Source: Lophium mytilinum
Lineage: Eukaryota
Assembly: GCA_010093605.1 (NCBI GenBank)
Contig: MU004190.1
Span: 744,001 to 808,000, forward strand
DNA: 64,000 nucleotides
Direction of reading: 5' to 3'
Part shown: positions 37,993 to 55,949 of the stretch, piece after piece
Numbering within the stretch: position 1 is the first letter of the stretch
Layout of the letters: each line of letters starts with the position of its first letter
Notes under the pieces: generated by a model
What the model saw: the letters and a program-made list of their open reading frames with translations, nothing else
Database searches by the model: none
What the model was told of the DNA's origin: nothing
Translations under genes and position numbers: made by a program

Positions 37993-39697
37993 AGTTGCGG
38001 ATTCTGTTAGAGGCTGGAACGAAAGGCTGCAGGGCACTACTAGTAATTGGAGCGTGGGATCTCTAGATATTCTAAAGTACCCAGGGTCTAAACGAGAGGC
38101 TCGGATGGTGTGCGTGGCTGTCAACCCAGATCAGATATCAGTGGCAGTACTAGTCGCTAGTTTGTTGTCGTGGGGAGCGGGGCAGATCGTATCTAGGGGG
38201 TGTTTGCGCCAGCTGGATGCAGCTAGGTAAACAAATACGTAGCTATGCGTGGGGGTCTCCGCCTTCCGAGGCGCATCAAATTCCTCGTGCATTCGAGTGG
38301 AGCATTCGAGCTGCCGAGAGCTGGACGGGTATTAGATTGATCTCTATCGCAACAACGTAAGGGGCTCCAAGGTTGGGTTGTACCTCTAAGTGCGCTACTA
38401 CGAGTAGATAGGCAGGTGCCACCACAGATTATTGAAACGTGGGATCCTAATTTGGGAAGTTCGGAGGGTATACGATAAATCGTCCGAAGGCTAGTTTTTC
38501 ACAAGATGGCCAGCATCCGGGATCTATCACTTCCAGAGTGGACGACCTGTCGAAATCATATGGCAGCAGCTCCTGCCCCTTCGCCGAGCAGGTCCAATAG
38601 TGTCAAGGAGATTCAATAGCCTAGCCCATCTAACTAGCCCTCCTCCCCTCCGCAATAGCTCGCTCGACTCCATATACCCAGCTGCTTGGAAAAGCTGTCC
38701 CTTTTTGATTGACACCATGTTCCAATTCAATTACACAGAAGAAAATAGTCCAGACACCAGAAACAAGACAGTAAAAGCTCCGCAAGCTCCGTGTAAATAT
38801 CCCACAGCAACACGCAAGCCACGATTCCCAAGACGTTTCCGCGAGGTGACTGACATCATCCATGGGTTTAGACAAAAAAAGAAAAGGCGTTTTCTGAGGC
38901 TGCTCAGACGCCAGAGATTTCATTTCCCTTCCTCCATGTATTCGCCCGTGATTTCGTTGTTGCTTGCTTGCGTGCGTCAATGCTCTCGTGTGCTCGCTCT
39001 CCGTTGCGACATCGACGCCACGCCCCCAGCTCAGCCAAGCATGCGTCCACAAATCCTACCACAGCTCTAGTGTCAATGAGAATGGCTAGCACGCCCTAAA
39101 TAAGCACCCATGTGCTAGTTTGTCGGAAAAACGACAAATGTAAACCAATTGAAGGTGACGACACCGTGAAAACAAGGAAAAACAGAGGTATACGCGCTTG
39201 AGAGGCCCGCGATTGCCAGGCTTTGAGGCGTCGAAGAAAAGCATAAGCCAGAATATAGCCCAAGCTTAAAATCCCTCCCCTTCCAAGAATCTGGGACTCA
39301 AGAAAGAACTGGACAAGGGAAAAAAGGGAGAAGTGGCGTGAACGAAAAACGACAAACCCGGTTGTCGAGACGAAAGCCGGAGCTGTAACGCAAATGAGGT
39401 CCTCGTCGCCAGGAAACCGCACGTTGCAACGATGATGAGCCCGCATTGTACCTGCATCGTTCATGAAATGGGTGGGTAAAAGCTATGTCGCCAAAGTCTC
39501 CACGGGGGGAAGTGTAATGCTTTATGTTCCCCAGGAAGAGAGTCTCGAACTCGATTAGGAAAATGCGAAAGGTGCCGGGCATGCATACAAAAGGCCAGGC
39601 AGATGATGCAGAGGCTGCTGAAAGGGGGTTTGAGTCCGTGTACAAGGTGGTGGAACAGATGGTATATGTCAGGTACGATGGTGGGCGGCGGACAGCC

Positions 39698-42512
<2,815 letters not shown>

Positions 42513-45319
42513 CCCAGACGTCCTTGTGTCCTGATTGACTGACCCCGTCGGCTGGGCTTGGGTGCTTCGGTGCTTTGGGTGGGCCGCAGAGTGACGAGCT
42601 GGCTGAGGGCACTAGGCGGGGGGCACAGGCGGCACCCAGAGCGGCTTGGGATGCAATGCAGACCGCAGACGGGCAGATTGGGCGCGTGGGAGGACAGCGA
42701 GGGCAGCGAGAGGATAGGAAGAGGGCAGCTAGTACGGTGCAAGAAGAGACGGATGCGCGATGTCGTCGTGCTACCGACGAGTCTTTACACTCAAGCCTGG
42801 GGATTGGCATCCAGCGGGCACAGGACAGCCGCCGGCCCTCGCCCAGGTGGGAGAGCAGAGCCAGATGGCAGAGCTCGCAGGCTCGAGATGCCACGCCCTG
42901 GATAGGTACGCGGTACGAGATGATAGGGGGTAGATATGGCCAGACGTTTGGCAGCTCCCGGTCCGTGGTTGCATATCAAGCCGCTCTCCCCAGCGCTCAC
43001 CACCACCAGCGACGGGGGACGCGCCGCCGCAAGTGAAGCAGAAATACACAGCGCCGCCAGCCCTACCGTATTGCACTCGTTGCTATGGCGCCCTTGCCTG
43101 GCCGCAGCTCTGGCAGCCGTTTCAGCCCGCCGTCCTTCATCTCAAACGCGCAGACAAAACAGCGAGCAGCTAGCCGCAGCGATTCAGGCCCGTTTGTCGA
43201 CTGACTATCATTGGCGTGCATAAGTGCAGGTTGTGCACTTGTAGCGCTGGGCACTATACCTACCCCGCAATGCGTATGTAGAACGTTGCGAAACTTGGTG
43301 AGCCATCATGGCCATCTTGTCACCGCGTTATTTTGCGCAGACTGTGACCGAGTTTATGCACGCTAAGAGGTCTCGGTTTACGCACGCCTGCCTACCCACT
43401 CCCGTGCACCTCCTGCACCCAGCGCCTCATGAAGCCGCCTCTGTCCCGGGCTCTGCTGCATGGCTCCCACAGCCCCGTGCGTCAAACGGGCGGATGTTGG
43501 ACGGCATGCCGGCACTGGCCCCGCGAGTAATGCAAGCCGCCGTTGCGGGCGCGCTCCGTCTGCTCTCCCGCAGGCGATCGCCGTCCTCTGCGGCCGTGAT
43601 ATCAAATCGTAGCCAGAAGCCCTCACCTCCAAAGCAAACCCTAAATAACGACGCAGCAGCCCATCAAATCGCGCTGCATGGCACGCGGCCGGAAGCTGCG
43701 CCACGGGCAGCGATGCTCTGGATGTCAAACGAATTCCCAGCGCCTCTCCCTTCCCCTGACCCCCACAGAAGCAGCTGTACACCAACCATTTCCAGACAGC
43801 TTTATCTGGCCTCACGATGTCTGATCCACTCTCCCCAATGGCCTCTTACAGAGACAACAGCCGCTGGCTAAAGTTTCGTAGTCGTACACTTCCACACCTG
43901 ACATCTAGCCTCCGTCGCACGCCCTCCTTCTTTGTCCACCTGCCATCACCAGCGCCACAAGCCGCGTACAAACCGGCGGGTCTCTTTCACCTCGAGCTTT
44001 TGTTTGATAGTGGCCCTTTTTGGACCCCGTGACACCTCCACGGCTTCATGGGCCTCATTCGGCAGTATCACGGCTCAAAGCAGGCTTCCAAATCAGCTGT
44101 TGGCCCTCCCTTTCCAGCTGTCCCACCCCTTGATATATCTTCTCATCCCTATTGGTCACTGGCAGACTGAGCACGCATGAGCTTCCGAATCGGTAAGGCC
44201 ATCCCAACAACCTCAATATCAGGTACCTGGGACGCAGCTGGACCTGCATTCAACCAATCCTCAAACTGTCCTCCCACTAGACTTAAGGGAATCTCGAACA
44301 GTCTAGACACAATTTGCCACCGACGTGCACTTTATACAGAGACCCTAGACTTCTTTCTTCTTAGTTATACAGTATCTTCACACCCTCAGGAGGAATAGAG
44401 GTGAGATTTTTCATCCATAAAAAGGAAGTCATGTAACCCTAGCATCATAATGAGCCTGACTCGATCCGGCATGTGCTTTGAGTATGTCGATGAGCAGAGG
44501 GCAAAAGAGTGGCATGGTATCGTGTCACTCCAAACGACTATGACAAGCACGCCTGCTCCATAGGCCAGAGCAGGCCTACGTGCTTTAGCCCATCACAAGA
44601 TTCTCACATCTGCAAACCCATCTACAATTCCACACAATCCCTTACCAGGAGAGCTCGGCCACCCGACCAATCCTCCAATAAAAAACCTGACCACACTCGC
44701 GTGATTCTCTCCCGAACATCTATACACCTTCCGCCCAGCGACACCTGTCTCAAGTCACGCACCCACATCCCCCCTCGCATCTCATCTCCAATTCCGCAAT
44801 CCTCCCCCCCATTACAAACGCTGACGGCGGTTCCACCTCAGCTGCGTCCCCACATCTCCACTTCCCAGCCTTACGCACGTGCGTGCACATCTCCGAAACA
44901 TCCCCATCCAGCCCTTCCAAACCGGGGCCGGAAGCACCCCCGACCTCGAAAGAACCTCAACCTCCACCTCCATCCCCTTCCCCCATCCTCTCACCCCATT
45001 TCACGCTCTCAAGAAGTCGTACCAATTCCCCGCTCACCCTCTCCTCATCCCACCCACCTTCAATCCTCCTCGTCAGAATCTCAGCCTCACTCCGCCCCTG
45101 ACGCCCGCCCCACCCACGCACGCGCCACACCCTTGTACATTTATCTTCCCCCAAGGCTCTTCCCTGCTTCCCACTCTCCCTCTCCCAACCTCATCCCGCC
45201 CTCCCCCCATCCCTCTCCGCCAGCCACACCCTGCCGGGACGACGAATTCTCTACCCGAGCAGCCGAAGTACCACCTTCACCCTGTCCCCTGAATAGAAAT
45301 AGAAAAACCCGCGACACGT

Positions 45320-45425
45320 GGCGGGTAGGCGGGCGATTAGGCGGGTAGGGGGGCGATTAGGCGGGTGGGGGGGCGGTCAATTGGGCGGGCGGTCAATTGG
45401 GCGGGTGGTCAATTGGGTGGGCGGG
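45320..45425 (+). repeat. G-rich short tandem repeats (gggcgattaggcgggt; gggcggtcaatt), G-quadruplex potential
   Basis: 2-3 copies of each unit with many G3+ runs. Confidence 0.7.
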
Positions 45426-46441
45426 CCATTCGGTGAATGGGCAAGGGGGGAGGGTTATGCTACATCCGGCACGACAGCACGCTCTTACCTGCACCTAGAT
45501 CTCCTACAATCCAGTCTGAACGCTGAGTGCAGCTAGCACGTGATTAGAGCGTCTCAGAAAGAGTCAGTCATCGCGGAGTTTTCTCCGTAAGTGTGAAGGT
45601 GAAATGAAGTGCTAAAAGCACGTCTGCACATTTTCTTAAATCCCTGATTTTTGTTGAGGTCCTGACACTGAAGATTTTGCTGGAATAGGAAAGAGAGAGG
45701 CCGGGTTATAGGGAGCCGTCTACAAGTCTTCTAGTTCCAAACCCGGCCCCCGTAGTTTCGCTCTTATGCACAAGAAGTTCATATGTGAAGGAGTTATGAG
45801 GTGAAAAATTCATCGGTATGCAAAATAGTTTATTCCCCTCTCCAGTGTATCTCTATGGAGGTAGTTGCCCGCTCCATTCCTCTCCCCTCTGCTCTTCTCT
45901 TCTCATCTCTTCTCATCGCATCTCGTTTCTCGCACCCGTCTTCCCGCTCTCATTCATCCGTACCCGTCATCCCAAAACCCCCAGCACCGCAAAACCAAAT
46001 CACCCCACAACCCAATTGTGCTCTCTATCCGTCCCCACCCAAGCCAGTATGAAATCGTACCAGGACATCAACGCAAAAAGCCACGCTGTAAATGGAAAAA
46101 GGACTCCAGGCCAAGCTACCCGTCTTTACTCCGCCGCTAGCGCCACAATGCAGCCACACCAGGTTCGGTTCAAAAGGAGGTGATGCGGAAAAACACCGCT
46201 CGCAGATTCTATGATCGAAGCACCAGCAAGAGCGCTGTTATGAGAGGAAAGGAATGCTGTGTAGAGGGAAACACAATCACACAAAGGTGCTCAAGTCAAC
46301 GAGCGGCCTCCGGGAAAACCAATAGAGGCTTTGCTTCGGAATGGGGGAGGGGTGGTATAGTACGGAAGCACGCATGCACGCCAAGGAAACGCCACGACGC
46401 CACGCTTTGCATCATGTACGGTGTTGAGGGGGTTTGACAGA

Positions 46442-46488
46442 AGGAGAGGTGGGTTGATTGAGGAGAGGTGGGTTGATTGAGGAGAGGT
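46442..46488 (+). repeat. 19-bp tandem repeat (aggagaggtgggttgattg) x2.5
   Basis: Read directly. Confidence 0.85.
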
Positions 46489-46646
46489 AAAGGAAAATGG
46501 CGGCCATCTCAATATGTCCTTCGCGGACAGTGCGTAGGCGAGTCAGATTGGTGGGTGAACGAGACCATACGAGCAACGGAAAGACAATGGCCATTTCAGA
46601 AGTGAACCGCAGAACCTCGGACGAGTGTTCGTAAAGATGCAGAGCT

Positions 46647-49600
46647 CTAGAATGGGTCGGGAGACGCAACAGGTTCCGGCGTCAGCAACCGCGGCTCCGG
46701 TTCATAATCGTCTTCCTCTTCTGCGTAATGGACATGTCTGCCAGCGCTCGGCTCGGGAGCTGACTGGCTCTTGCCCCGCTTGGCTGCTGCAATCTCCTGT
46801 TCATCCAGGAGGCGTTTCTGTTCCTTGGACTGCTCCCCACCGGCATCCCCGGCCATAGGGTCGTCTGAAGCCGCTGCAATCTTCACAGTCTCGGAGGGCT
46901 CGCTCGGCGGGATGTGTCCGGAAGGTTCGGTACGTGCGGCATAGATGTCTGGCTGCGCTTTGAGGAACCAACCTCCCTTTTCCCATTGCCCGGCTCGGTA
47001 TACCGACGCTGCTCGAACTTCTTTATTTACGATGCCCTCCATGAGCTCGCTGAGCCGGGCAAACGATATAGGTTTTAAGATCCAACCGTCAAATCCAGCA
47101 TCGATGTACATTTGCCGGTCTTTCTCGATGAGCGAAGCCGAGACTGCGATGATTGGTATGCGGCCATTGAGTGCAGCCCGCTTAGACAGAATTTTGGTAG
47201 GATGCGTCTTCTCGAACGAACGTATCATCTTGGTGGAGGTCAGGCCATCGACAATGGGCATCTGCGAAATACGGTTAGTCGCTGTAGTATTTATTCGGTA
47301 CTTAATTTTCGTACCTGCATATCCATCAAGATGCCATCAAAGTCGCCAGGTTTGTCGCCGAATGCACTGGCACACTCTTCTCCATTGATGGTAAGATACG
47401 TCACATGTCCGAGCTTCTCGAGCCTCTTCTTCACGATCTTACTGTTGACCGGATCGTCCTCCGCAACAAGGACGTGCATGTTAGCGGCTGTATGTGGAGT
47501 ACTACTTGGACCACTTTCAATTTCTCCAAGAATCGAGCCTGGTTTCCTCTCCTCTATAGGAGAGCCAACCTCGTCCGGCATTTTGACCGCCTTGACCGAG
47601 GATACGGAGTCCGAGACAAGCTCTTCCCCAGGCTTGCTTTTGATCATCTCCCTTTGGTGTGGCGGAACGTTGTCCTTCTTAGAGAACTCGAGGCTGCGAG
47701 ACCGAGCTAGTCTTGGTGAAGACGACTCGCTCATGTCGTAGCTGTTCCGTTTCTGAAGCCTGGGCTTGTTGGGAGAACGCGCGCCGAAAATCTGCTCCCC
47801 GCTCTTCGGTCGCTTGTCTACCAGGTGAGGTTCTTGGATAGCCTCAATTAATCTATCAACATCGCTCATGTCGCTCTTCTTACTCGACCCGCTCTTGAAG
47901 CTACGCATACTGTTCTTGCTGGTCACACTCTCAGCACTTGCTCGTCTCACTATTTTCCCACTGCCTGAATCTCTTCTTGGCATATCTGGCGCTACCAGCG
48001 TGACTTCAGGGGCGCCATGGTCCGATTTGTCAGGTTGCGGCGTTATCGAGCCTTCGGGCGTGATCTGTGAGCCACGTGAATTTAGGGAATTCTGGGAAGT
48101 TCCATCTGGAACTTCGGTATCTGGCAGGTCAAACGGGAATTGAATAATGAATCGAGACCCTTTGCCTTCTTCGGATTTGAGGCGCAATTGACCGTTCATA
48201 TTGCGCACGATGCGAGCTACTACCGCTAGGCCGAGTCCAAGAGTTCTCTTTGATTCCTTGCTATCCGCTAATTGTTTTGCCGTGGGGGCTAGATTGTCTT
48301 CTAGCATCGCCGCGCTCTCGGATTGGACTTGTTCTAAGTCACGGAAGATCGAGTCGAGTTGCTTAGGACTCATTCCCACCCCTGTGTCCTCGCAGGCAAT
48401 CTCGATATCGACATGATCACTCTCCCATGAAGTAGCGTACATTTCGATTTTGATTCCTCCATGGGTTGTATGCTGGATAGCGTTCGCAGTGATGTTCGAA
48501 ATCGCTTGACGGACTTTCCGCTGATCCCCAATAACATTCTTCGGAACGCCAGGGTGTTCCACAACCTCATATGCGATGCCTTTGCGACGAGCATCGCCGA
48601 CAAATATGTCAGTCGCTTCTCGTAGCGTAGATCGAAGGTCGAAGATCTCGCCTTTGATTAACTCAGCTCCCTCCTCCGTCTTGGTTAAGTCGAGTAAATC
48701 ATTGATCACATAGATCAACGATTTCGACGCAGAATGAGACTTTGCCAGATTGTCACGTGTTTCCTGGTCGATGGCGCCTTCAAGGGCAATTTCGAGGTAA
48801 TTGATGATGGCGTTGAGTGGTGTCCGAACTTCGTGTGCGGAGTTTGCCAGTAATAGACGTGTAAGCTGGCTGCTTTGCAATGCAGCTTCCTTTTGTCGCC
48901 ATACCTCAATGAACTTCCCATACACCAGACACAGTACGGCAGCGGTCTCGATTTCTTCTTCGGTCCACTCCCGGCACTTTCCTACCACCGTCTCACTCCA
49001 AGTTTTGAAGCTCTTTCTTGGCTCCAGGTATCCTTCAGTGCCCTCTTTGATGTACTTTTCGTAAGGGTTGCCAGCCCATTTGACTTCTCTGAGTTGACCT
49101 CTCCGGAAAAAAACGATGAAGTCTTGCCCACCAACTGACAACGGCACTATCAGCATACCTGCGATGACTGAAAATCCTGGGGGGTATCTCAAGTCGGGAA
49201 AATCCTGTGTAATATCCTGTGAAGTCATGACTGATGTGACCCTTCGCATACGTAAGTATTCTAGCATAGCTAGAGCCTCTTGTGATTGTTCCAAATCCCC
49301 TAGAATTTTCGTCTCATCTCGAATTGACAGCAGACCAAAATCAGCGTCGAATAATTTCAGGAGATCATCAGACGACGCAATGATATAGCCAGATGGGTTG
49401 TGTTGCGTGGGCACCGTGTTGATAAGTTTTCGAGCTTGTAATCGAGAAGCGTAGGAAAGTCGCTCAATGTTTCGTGAAGCTGAGTCTCCTACTAGGCGGC
49501 ACATTTTCCGGATAGGAAATGAAACTCGCATGCCCTTTGCGCCGTATGAATGGCATGCAATGAGCCCCCATAGCTCGTTGAAAGCATTAATCGATATGGA

Positions 49601-51431
49601 CATGGACGACCGGACGGCCATGTTGCCTAGGTATTTCAGATGGATCGGTGACATGGCGCGAAGATAGGAATAAGTCAGATCTCCAAAACGGTTAGCTCTT
49701 TCAACTGATACTGACCAATACAAGAAGCTTACCTAGCGGGGTTTCAAGATCTTCAATCGTTCGACATACGAGGCGCGCTGTCTCCTGGGATCGATCGTAT
49801 AGCATTCGGACACGATTTATCTTGTACAGGTCCCGTGCTTGCTTTGGTATATCGGATGCAGGGAAATGGAGGCCTTTGTATAGATCCTTCGTGGCACGGG
49901 GATCCACCAACTCGGTCACGACGCGGCCGTTGAACGTCGCGTCGAATTGATATATCATTACGCGGTGAAACCCTGTTAATTCTTTCACTACTCCCACAAG
50001 AACCTTGAGAAACTTTTCCAAGTTCGGAGCATTGGCAAGCTGTTCCTGAACCTGAGACATGATATTAAACACTTCCATGGCTGCTGCCTCCCCCTTGCGC
50101 TTTCTAGCGCTCCGTAGAACTCGTAGCGGCCGGTTTTTGGCCTCTGTGCTCTCAGCATATTCTTCTGGGGTCGGTGCGCTATTCAAGGTGTCCTCCGGTA
50201 GATCGGGTGTTAAATCGTTGAGTGGCACTAGAGGATTGACTGGATCATCCTCGAGCTCAAACTCGCAAATGATGAGGCCAGGATTCGAGGGGTTTACGTG
50301 TATAGCGCACCAAAGTTTGCGAGAACGCCCAGTGATAGACCTGATAGAGATAGTGAAAACTTCAGGCCCGTTAGTAGCCACGTCAGCATCCTCGTCTTTG
50401 ATGAAATCGATGTGGTCCAGTAGATTGTCAGCTTGCTCTTCGGAGAGTATATCGGTAAAGCTCTCGAGTCCAAAGAGCTCCTTCGGCGACCGTCCAATTA
50501 TGCGCTTCGAATTCTCGCTCACAATCCTAACCGGGAGACAGCCAGAATTGCTGGTGTCCTCCTGGAGTGCGATCAGGAGGCCGAAGCCTTGCACAGCACC
50601 TGGAATGTGTATGGGTTCGTCCTCGCAACGCTGCAAAGTATCACCATCTCGTCCAGTGATAACTGCGTGGCCTCCTTCAGTAACTATATGCTTGAATCGG
50701 GCTGTCACCAACCCTTCTCCGCCTGTGCCACTATGGCCGCTTGTGCCACTCATAATCGAAGCGCTCCGGCTGGCAGAAGGTGCGCTATCTTTATCGGTTT
50801 GGAAAGATCCTGTCCGGTCGCTCTCGCCAGATCTGCTCGAAGCAATGTCGCTGAAGACATGCGCAGGGAGGCGAGGTGCGGGCATTCTCGCCTTCTCTCG
50901 TCCAGGTTTCATCGATGACTTTAAAGGAGGTTGCGTGGGCTGTTCCGCCGGTGCTTGGTCTGGCGGCGCTTGTTCTGCTTGGGGGGTTGCATCTGTATCT
51001 GTATCGTCCGACTTTTGCCTCTGGGTGACACCTCTCTGCGAGGCGTACGACGAATGTGAGGCAGTAGAGTCTGTCGACTGTCGGCGGCGAGCAGCGTCCA
51101 GAGAGGCCCTAGAGGCTTGTTGGAAGTAATCACTCTGCTCGATCGGACCACGGCCGAGGGCTGAGACTGGGTCGACAGATACAACGCTTCGGATGGGGTA
51201 TACGCGGTCTGTAGCACCGGGGCTAAGCTGGGACATGAGATCGATGGACGGGGAGGCGATTGAGGAGGCCGTTTGTGGGGTTTGTTGTCGGGCTTGGGAC
51301 GCACCGGAGTGATTGTCAGTCCACATCCATAGGTTGCTGGCCCGTCGCTCAGGGCGTGCGGCCGAGGGTTCTGCCTTAGCAGGAGGCGGGGCAGGAGGGT
51401 CCGTGGGTGAATTGGCGGATGGTTCAGACAT
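46647..51431 (-). CDS. fphA: Fungal phytochrome, red-light sensor hybrid histidine kinase (PAS-GAF-PHY-HisKA-HATPase-REC)
   Basis: RCEDEPIHIPG (bilin-binding Cys), PASDIP, LRAMSPIH, PRKSF, H-box SAHEVRTPLN, DTGVG, GLGLA, receiver LVAEDD..LMDMQ|MP. Two introns. Confidence 0.95.
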
Positions 51432-53696
51432 TGTCACTAATGCCCGTTCCAGCAGCCTGTATGGTAGTGGTGAAGAACCAGAGGACTAGCACGGGGCGTC
51501 TCGTTCGGGGAAGGGAGAGTATGGGATGCGAAGGCGCGGTGCCGCAAAGAACGGCCGACAGCAGCGCTCGTCCACACAAGGGACGGTCCTCAAACCTCAG
51601 CTCATGGGCTCCCGCGAGCACTGGTTCCAGAGTGACGTATCGAGGTGCCAGATATGTCTCGAGGCGGCGCACGAAGACGTGTAGGCAAGGCCGCTCGCCA
51701 CTGTGGCTCAGGTGGATCTCCCGTCCCCAATCCGGAGTGCTTGCGGCGGTCGACAACGCAGACGGCGAAAGGGAGTTTCAGAAGGAGCGCAATGATTGTG
51801 GGGGCTGCTACATGCGAGTGGACTGCGACTCGCACTCGCGGGCCGTGAGCAAAATGCGATATATGGATGAAGGTACCGTCGATGTGTGGCGAAGTCGATA
51901 GGACCCTGAATCTGTAGGCCGGTTCAAAGCAACCAAGATCGTCGGCCCGACTTCGACGGCGTCGACGGGGGTTGAGGCCGGTCTCGCACGGGGAGGACAG
52001 CAGCGCGCTGCTGAGGGCGTGAATGGGGGTTGCTTGTGCGGTGTTTGGTGTTTGAGTGCGGTGGGACAGTCGCGAGGTTGCAAAGAATTGGGACGGAATG
52101 GGCTCGGGCTCAACATGGGCCGCTAGGCAGTGTCGGGAGGGCTACGGGGGGTCGGCAGAGTTAGGGTGAGGACTGTAGCTTCATGATCACGATTCACGTG
52201 TGGAGGAGACGCAGCTAGCAGGCTGCGAAGCCACATCTCTAGCTGCGACGAGTATGGCACGCCTGTGGCTACCGACGTTTGACGTCAAGGACACCGCCAG
52301 AGGCGCAACTGATCTACGACGATCTTCCCCAGGAGCGGCGGCCAGCCTGTTGCAGTGAGTGGCCCGTATGGAGGTTTCGCGGGGCCCTCGCGCTGCCCGA
52401 GGCCGTCTTTACCGTATAAGACGGCTGCGTTGGGACGCAGGGTGGATGCATGCTCCCTGGGGCGCCCGCTGACATCAACGGCAACGATAAAGTCCAGGAG
52501 TCTGGCAGGGTGGGCAGACGGGGACGGTGGTGTTGTTGATAACGACGTCATCCAACATGCACAGAGTCAGCGGCGTAGGGACGGCATGGCAATTGAGAAG
52601 TCCATCAGGCGTCGAGGGCATTCGTAAACCTAGCCACGAGAACTTCTTCACGCCCCCTTGCAGTTTAGCCAGGGAGGGCCTCCGACGCTGCCTTCAGCGA
52701 CGTCACTGCGCTTTTAACCTGTGATACCGCGCATACAACCATCAGGATGCAACAGCAGCTCGAGGGGATTGCCATGACTGCGAACAAGTCTAGTCCGCAT
52801 AAGTGCACCCCGCGGAATATGACAATGATAGCTTCACAACACGATTCATGGTCAGGTGACGGGGTATACTGCCCCGCGCTAACGTAGCCTTACAGCTGCC
52901 GAACTCTTGTCAATTTAGACTCTCCCCTCTCGGCTCAGACTCCCGCCCCTGCCTGTCATCGGCTTCCCTAGTCATGTGATTCGGTCACAGGACTTTGTTT
53001 GCTCCATTGCACTCACACTTCTAGTTGCAGTACTCTCATTCACCTTAGCCGTGATCTATGTACTAAGGTAATGAGTGTGCTCTGCAGCAGTCTGTCTCAT
53101 GTGTGCCCTAACTGTGCCATAGTGCCATTGTTAAAAGTGTGCCAACACTCTTAGGTCAGTAGACACTGCGTAAAAGACAAGGCAAAGCCGCCGGCGAAGA
53201 CTCATGGCTACATTGATTCACCACAACAGCCAGCTAGGAGGTTGATGGACCTGAGTATCCGAGTCAACGCGGGGCATTTCCACCCGTACTACTAGACTTC
53301 ACCGCGTAGACGCTCCGCGGCGGCTCATCTAGCATCGGCACTACGACTCTCTGACGTTCCATACTTGCGTGCTGTCTTTCTGCTGTCACTCTCGCCACGA
53401 CGCCTTGCACGGTGTTGTACCTCGCTCATTCATCAATCCTTCACGCGGCTCCCGTCCGAGTCAGTGGCGCCAAGACCGACGCCACCCGCTATTTCTCAAC
53501 ACCACATGCGCTGCACGATAATGAAAACACCACACACCCAACAAACCCAACCATTGGAATCCACACTACAATAGCCACTTTTATTGGTCGCAAATTACTC
53601 GCCTTAACTTACTAAGCAGAACTATTACTTAAATAAAGTCCTATTAACGCGTTTTAAGTATTATTTATAATATTATTAAAATAGGTGGGTAACTTT

Positions 53697-55930
53697 ATGC
53701 CTATATTCTAATATACTCTATTATAAGAATATACCTAAATAGTAGAAGAAGCCTACCGCCGCTAGCTATATGCCTATAAAAACGCTAAATTAGTTAATAG
53801 AGTAAATATTAGAGCTATTCTTAAGTTTTATCTTACTTTTACTATTTAAGCTAGTGCTGCCGCCCGTAAGATTAAAGCCTAGAACTAGACTAGCGCCTAG
53901 GTCTATTATAATATTAAGCTTATAATAAAGATACTAACGTTCTAATTAAAGTAAATAGTATACTAGTAGTAGAGATTAGGCTAACTTATACTAGCTAATA
54001 TTAATAACCTCTTTAAGTAAGTAGCTAGTAAAATTATTACTAGCACTATATATAATACTCTAACTAGCAGCGCTACTAGTATAGCGCCGCTAGATAAACC
54101 TCTCCGCCTAAAAATTAAGGGCCCGGGGTTAATTAATGCGCTGCGGACTATAAACTAGAAGAATAGCTAGCTAAAAGTACTTATTAATACTATACTACTT
54201 CTAAGTAGTAAGATAGCGCAAGTAGTATAGATACTACTATCTAGTAATATTAATATCTACTCTTATATAAATAAGAACCGCGACTAGCTTCTTAAGTAGA
54301 ATAAGTAGATATAGATACTAGAAGTAGAAACTAGTATTCTATAAGATATATATAGAGTTATAGCCTATAGGTTTTCTATAAAGAGTATTAATATAGGTAT
54401 AAAGAAAAAGGCGGTAGCTATATAATAGCTACTATAATATAATATTATAGTAATGCTAAAGGCCTAAATTATCTATATTAGATAGCTCTATAGTAATAGA
54501 GTTACTAAAAAGAGTAATAGCTTTCTTATTATTAAGTTTAATTACCTAGAGGATGTAAATACAGCGCTTAATTAATATATTCTTTAGAATAGTAAAATAC
54601 TTAATACTATATAATATAATAGCGGCTATAGGCTTTAATAATACTATAAATATAACTACTATAGCTATATTAAAACCTAGTACTGCGCATTATAGTTCTA
54701 TAGCTACTACGCTAGAGAGTACCTAATAGTAAACTATATAAATAAAAGTTTACTACCTTTCTACTTACTATATAGTAAAAGTTACCCTATATATTCTATA
54801 TAGTATAAAATACGCTAGTAGGTATAGAAGATAGTTAAAAAGAAGTTAAGAAACCTCTCTTATAGGTATACTATTCTATACCCCTAACTTTTAGCTAATA
54901 GCTAGGTGCGTAAACTTATATAGAATATAGGCGAGGTAATTAACTCTAAGAATACACGGACGCTAGCGCTATAGCTAGAAAGGGACTAGGCATAGCCTAG
55001 AAAGAATAGAAGATAATAATATAAAAATAACGCGTTACTAGAAGTTATAATACTAGAACTTAGATTATCTTTAGAAATATTTAACGCGGGAGTCTAGCCC
55101 GCTATACTAAGGATCTAGAAGAATATAATAGAGGTTTTAGTTATTTCTTTATTATAAATAGTAGTTAACTTAGATATTAAGTAAGCCGGAAAGTAAGATA
55201 GATAGCCTAACTCTAGTAGCAATACCCCTACTATAGTAACCCCAACGCTAGAGGCTAGAAAGAGCTGCTAAAAGAAGCCTACCTTTATAAGAATTACTAA
55301 GCCACTAGATAAACTAATAGAGAATAAACTTAAACTCTAGAAGGCTAAAGTAAAATACACTACTATTTAGAAAGAAGCTAAGAAAGTAAAACGGGCGGTA
55401 ACAGCGCGTATAAGAAAGCTCCTTATAGTAGAGAGATAGTATAGTTAAAAGCTTAACTTAAACTAAAAAGAGAATATATAGTTCTCTAGCTAGAATATAT
55501 TAAGCTTTTTAGTAGATATATTAAGCTCTATAGACTTAAGTAAGACTAGCATTATTATTAAGGGTAAAGATGGAAAGCGGAACTATAAGCTATTAGTAAA
55601 GGCAACAGTAGTATAGATTAAATAGAGCACGGCTATAAAAAGAAAATAAGCTAGCTTAGCTATAGCCTCTAGTAAGAAGAACTAGATACTAAAGAAATCT
55701 AAGCTTAGAAATAAAGTAATATATAATAACCTAGACGCGGATAAATACTTCTCTAGCGGCTAGAAAGATATATAGACTTTAGAAAATAAGAATAGTAATA
55801 TAGAAATAGAAAGGAAGTATAGCCTTGCCCCTAAATAATTATATAGAAGAGAATTCCCCTTCTAGAACTAATTCTTAGATAAAGATACTAATAGTAATAT
55901 TATAGCTAATTTAACGCGGCGCTTCTAGCC
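53697..55930 (+). pseudogene. LINE ORF1 (gag-like, CCHC zinc knuckles), RIP-inactivated; ends approximate
   Basis: De-RIP QCYKCN.YGHI.TQC at about 54638-54683, followed by two more C/H knuckles. Confidence 0.7.
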
Positions 55931-55949
55931 TAACTCCTATAATAGAGTA

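Noticed and set aside
42558..46512. Many 60-280 aa ORFs between STE20 and phytochrome
   Set aside because: They arise from GC-rich, skewed low-complexity intergenic DNA and contain no domains.
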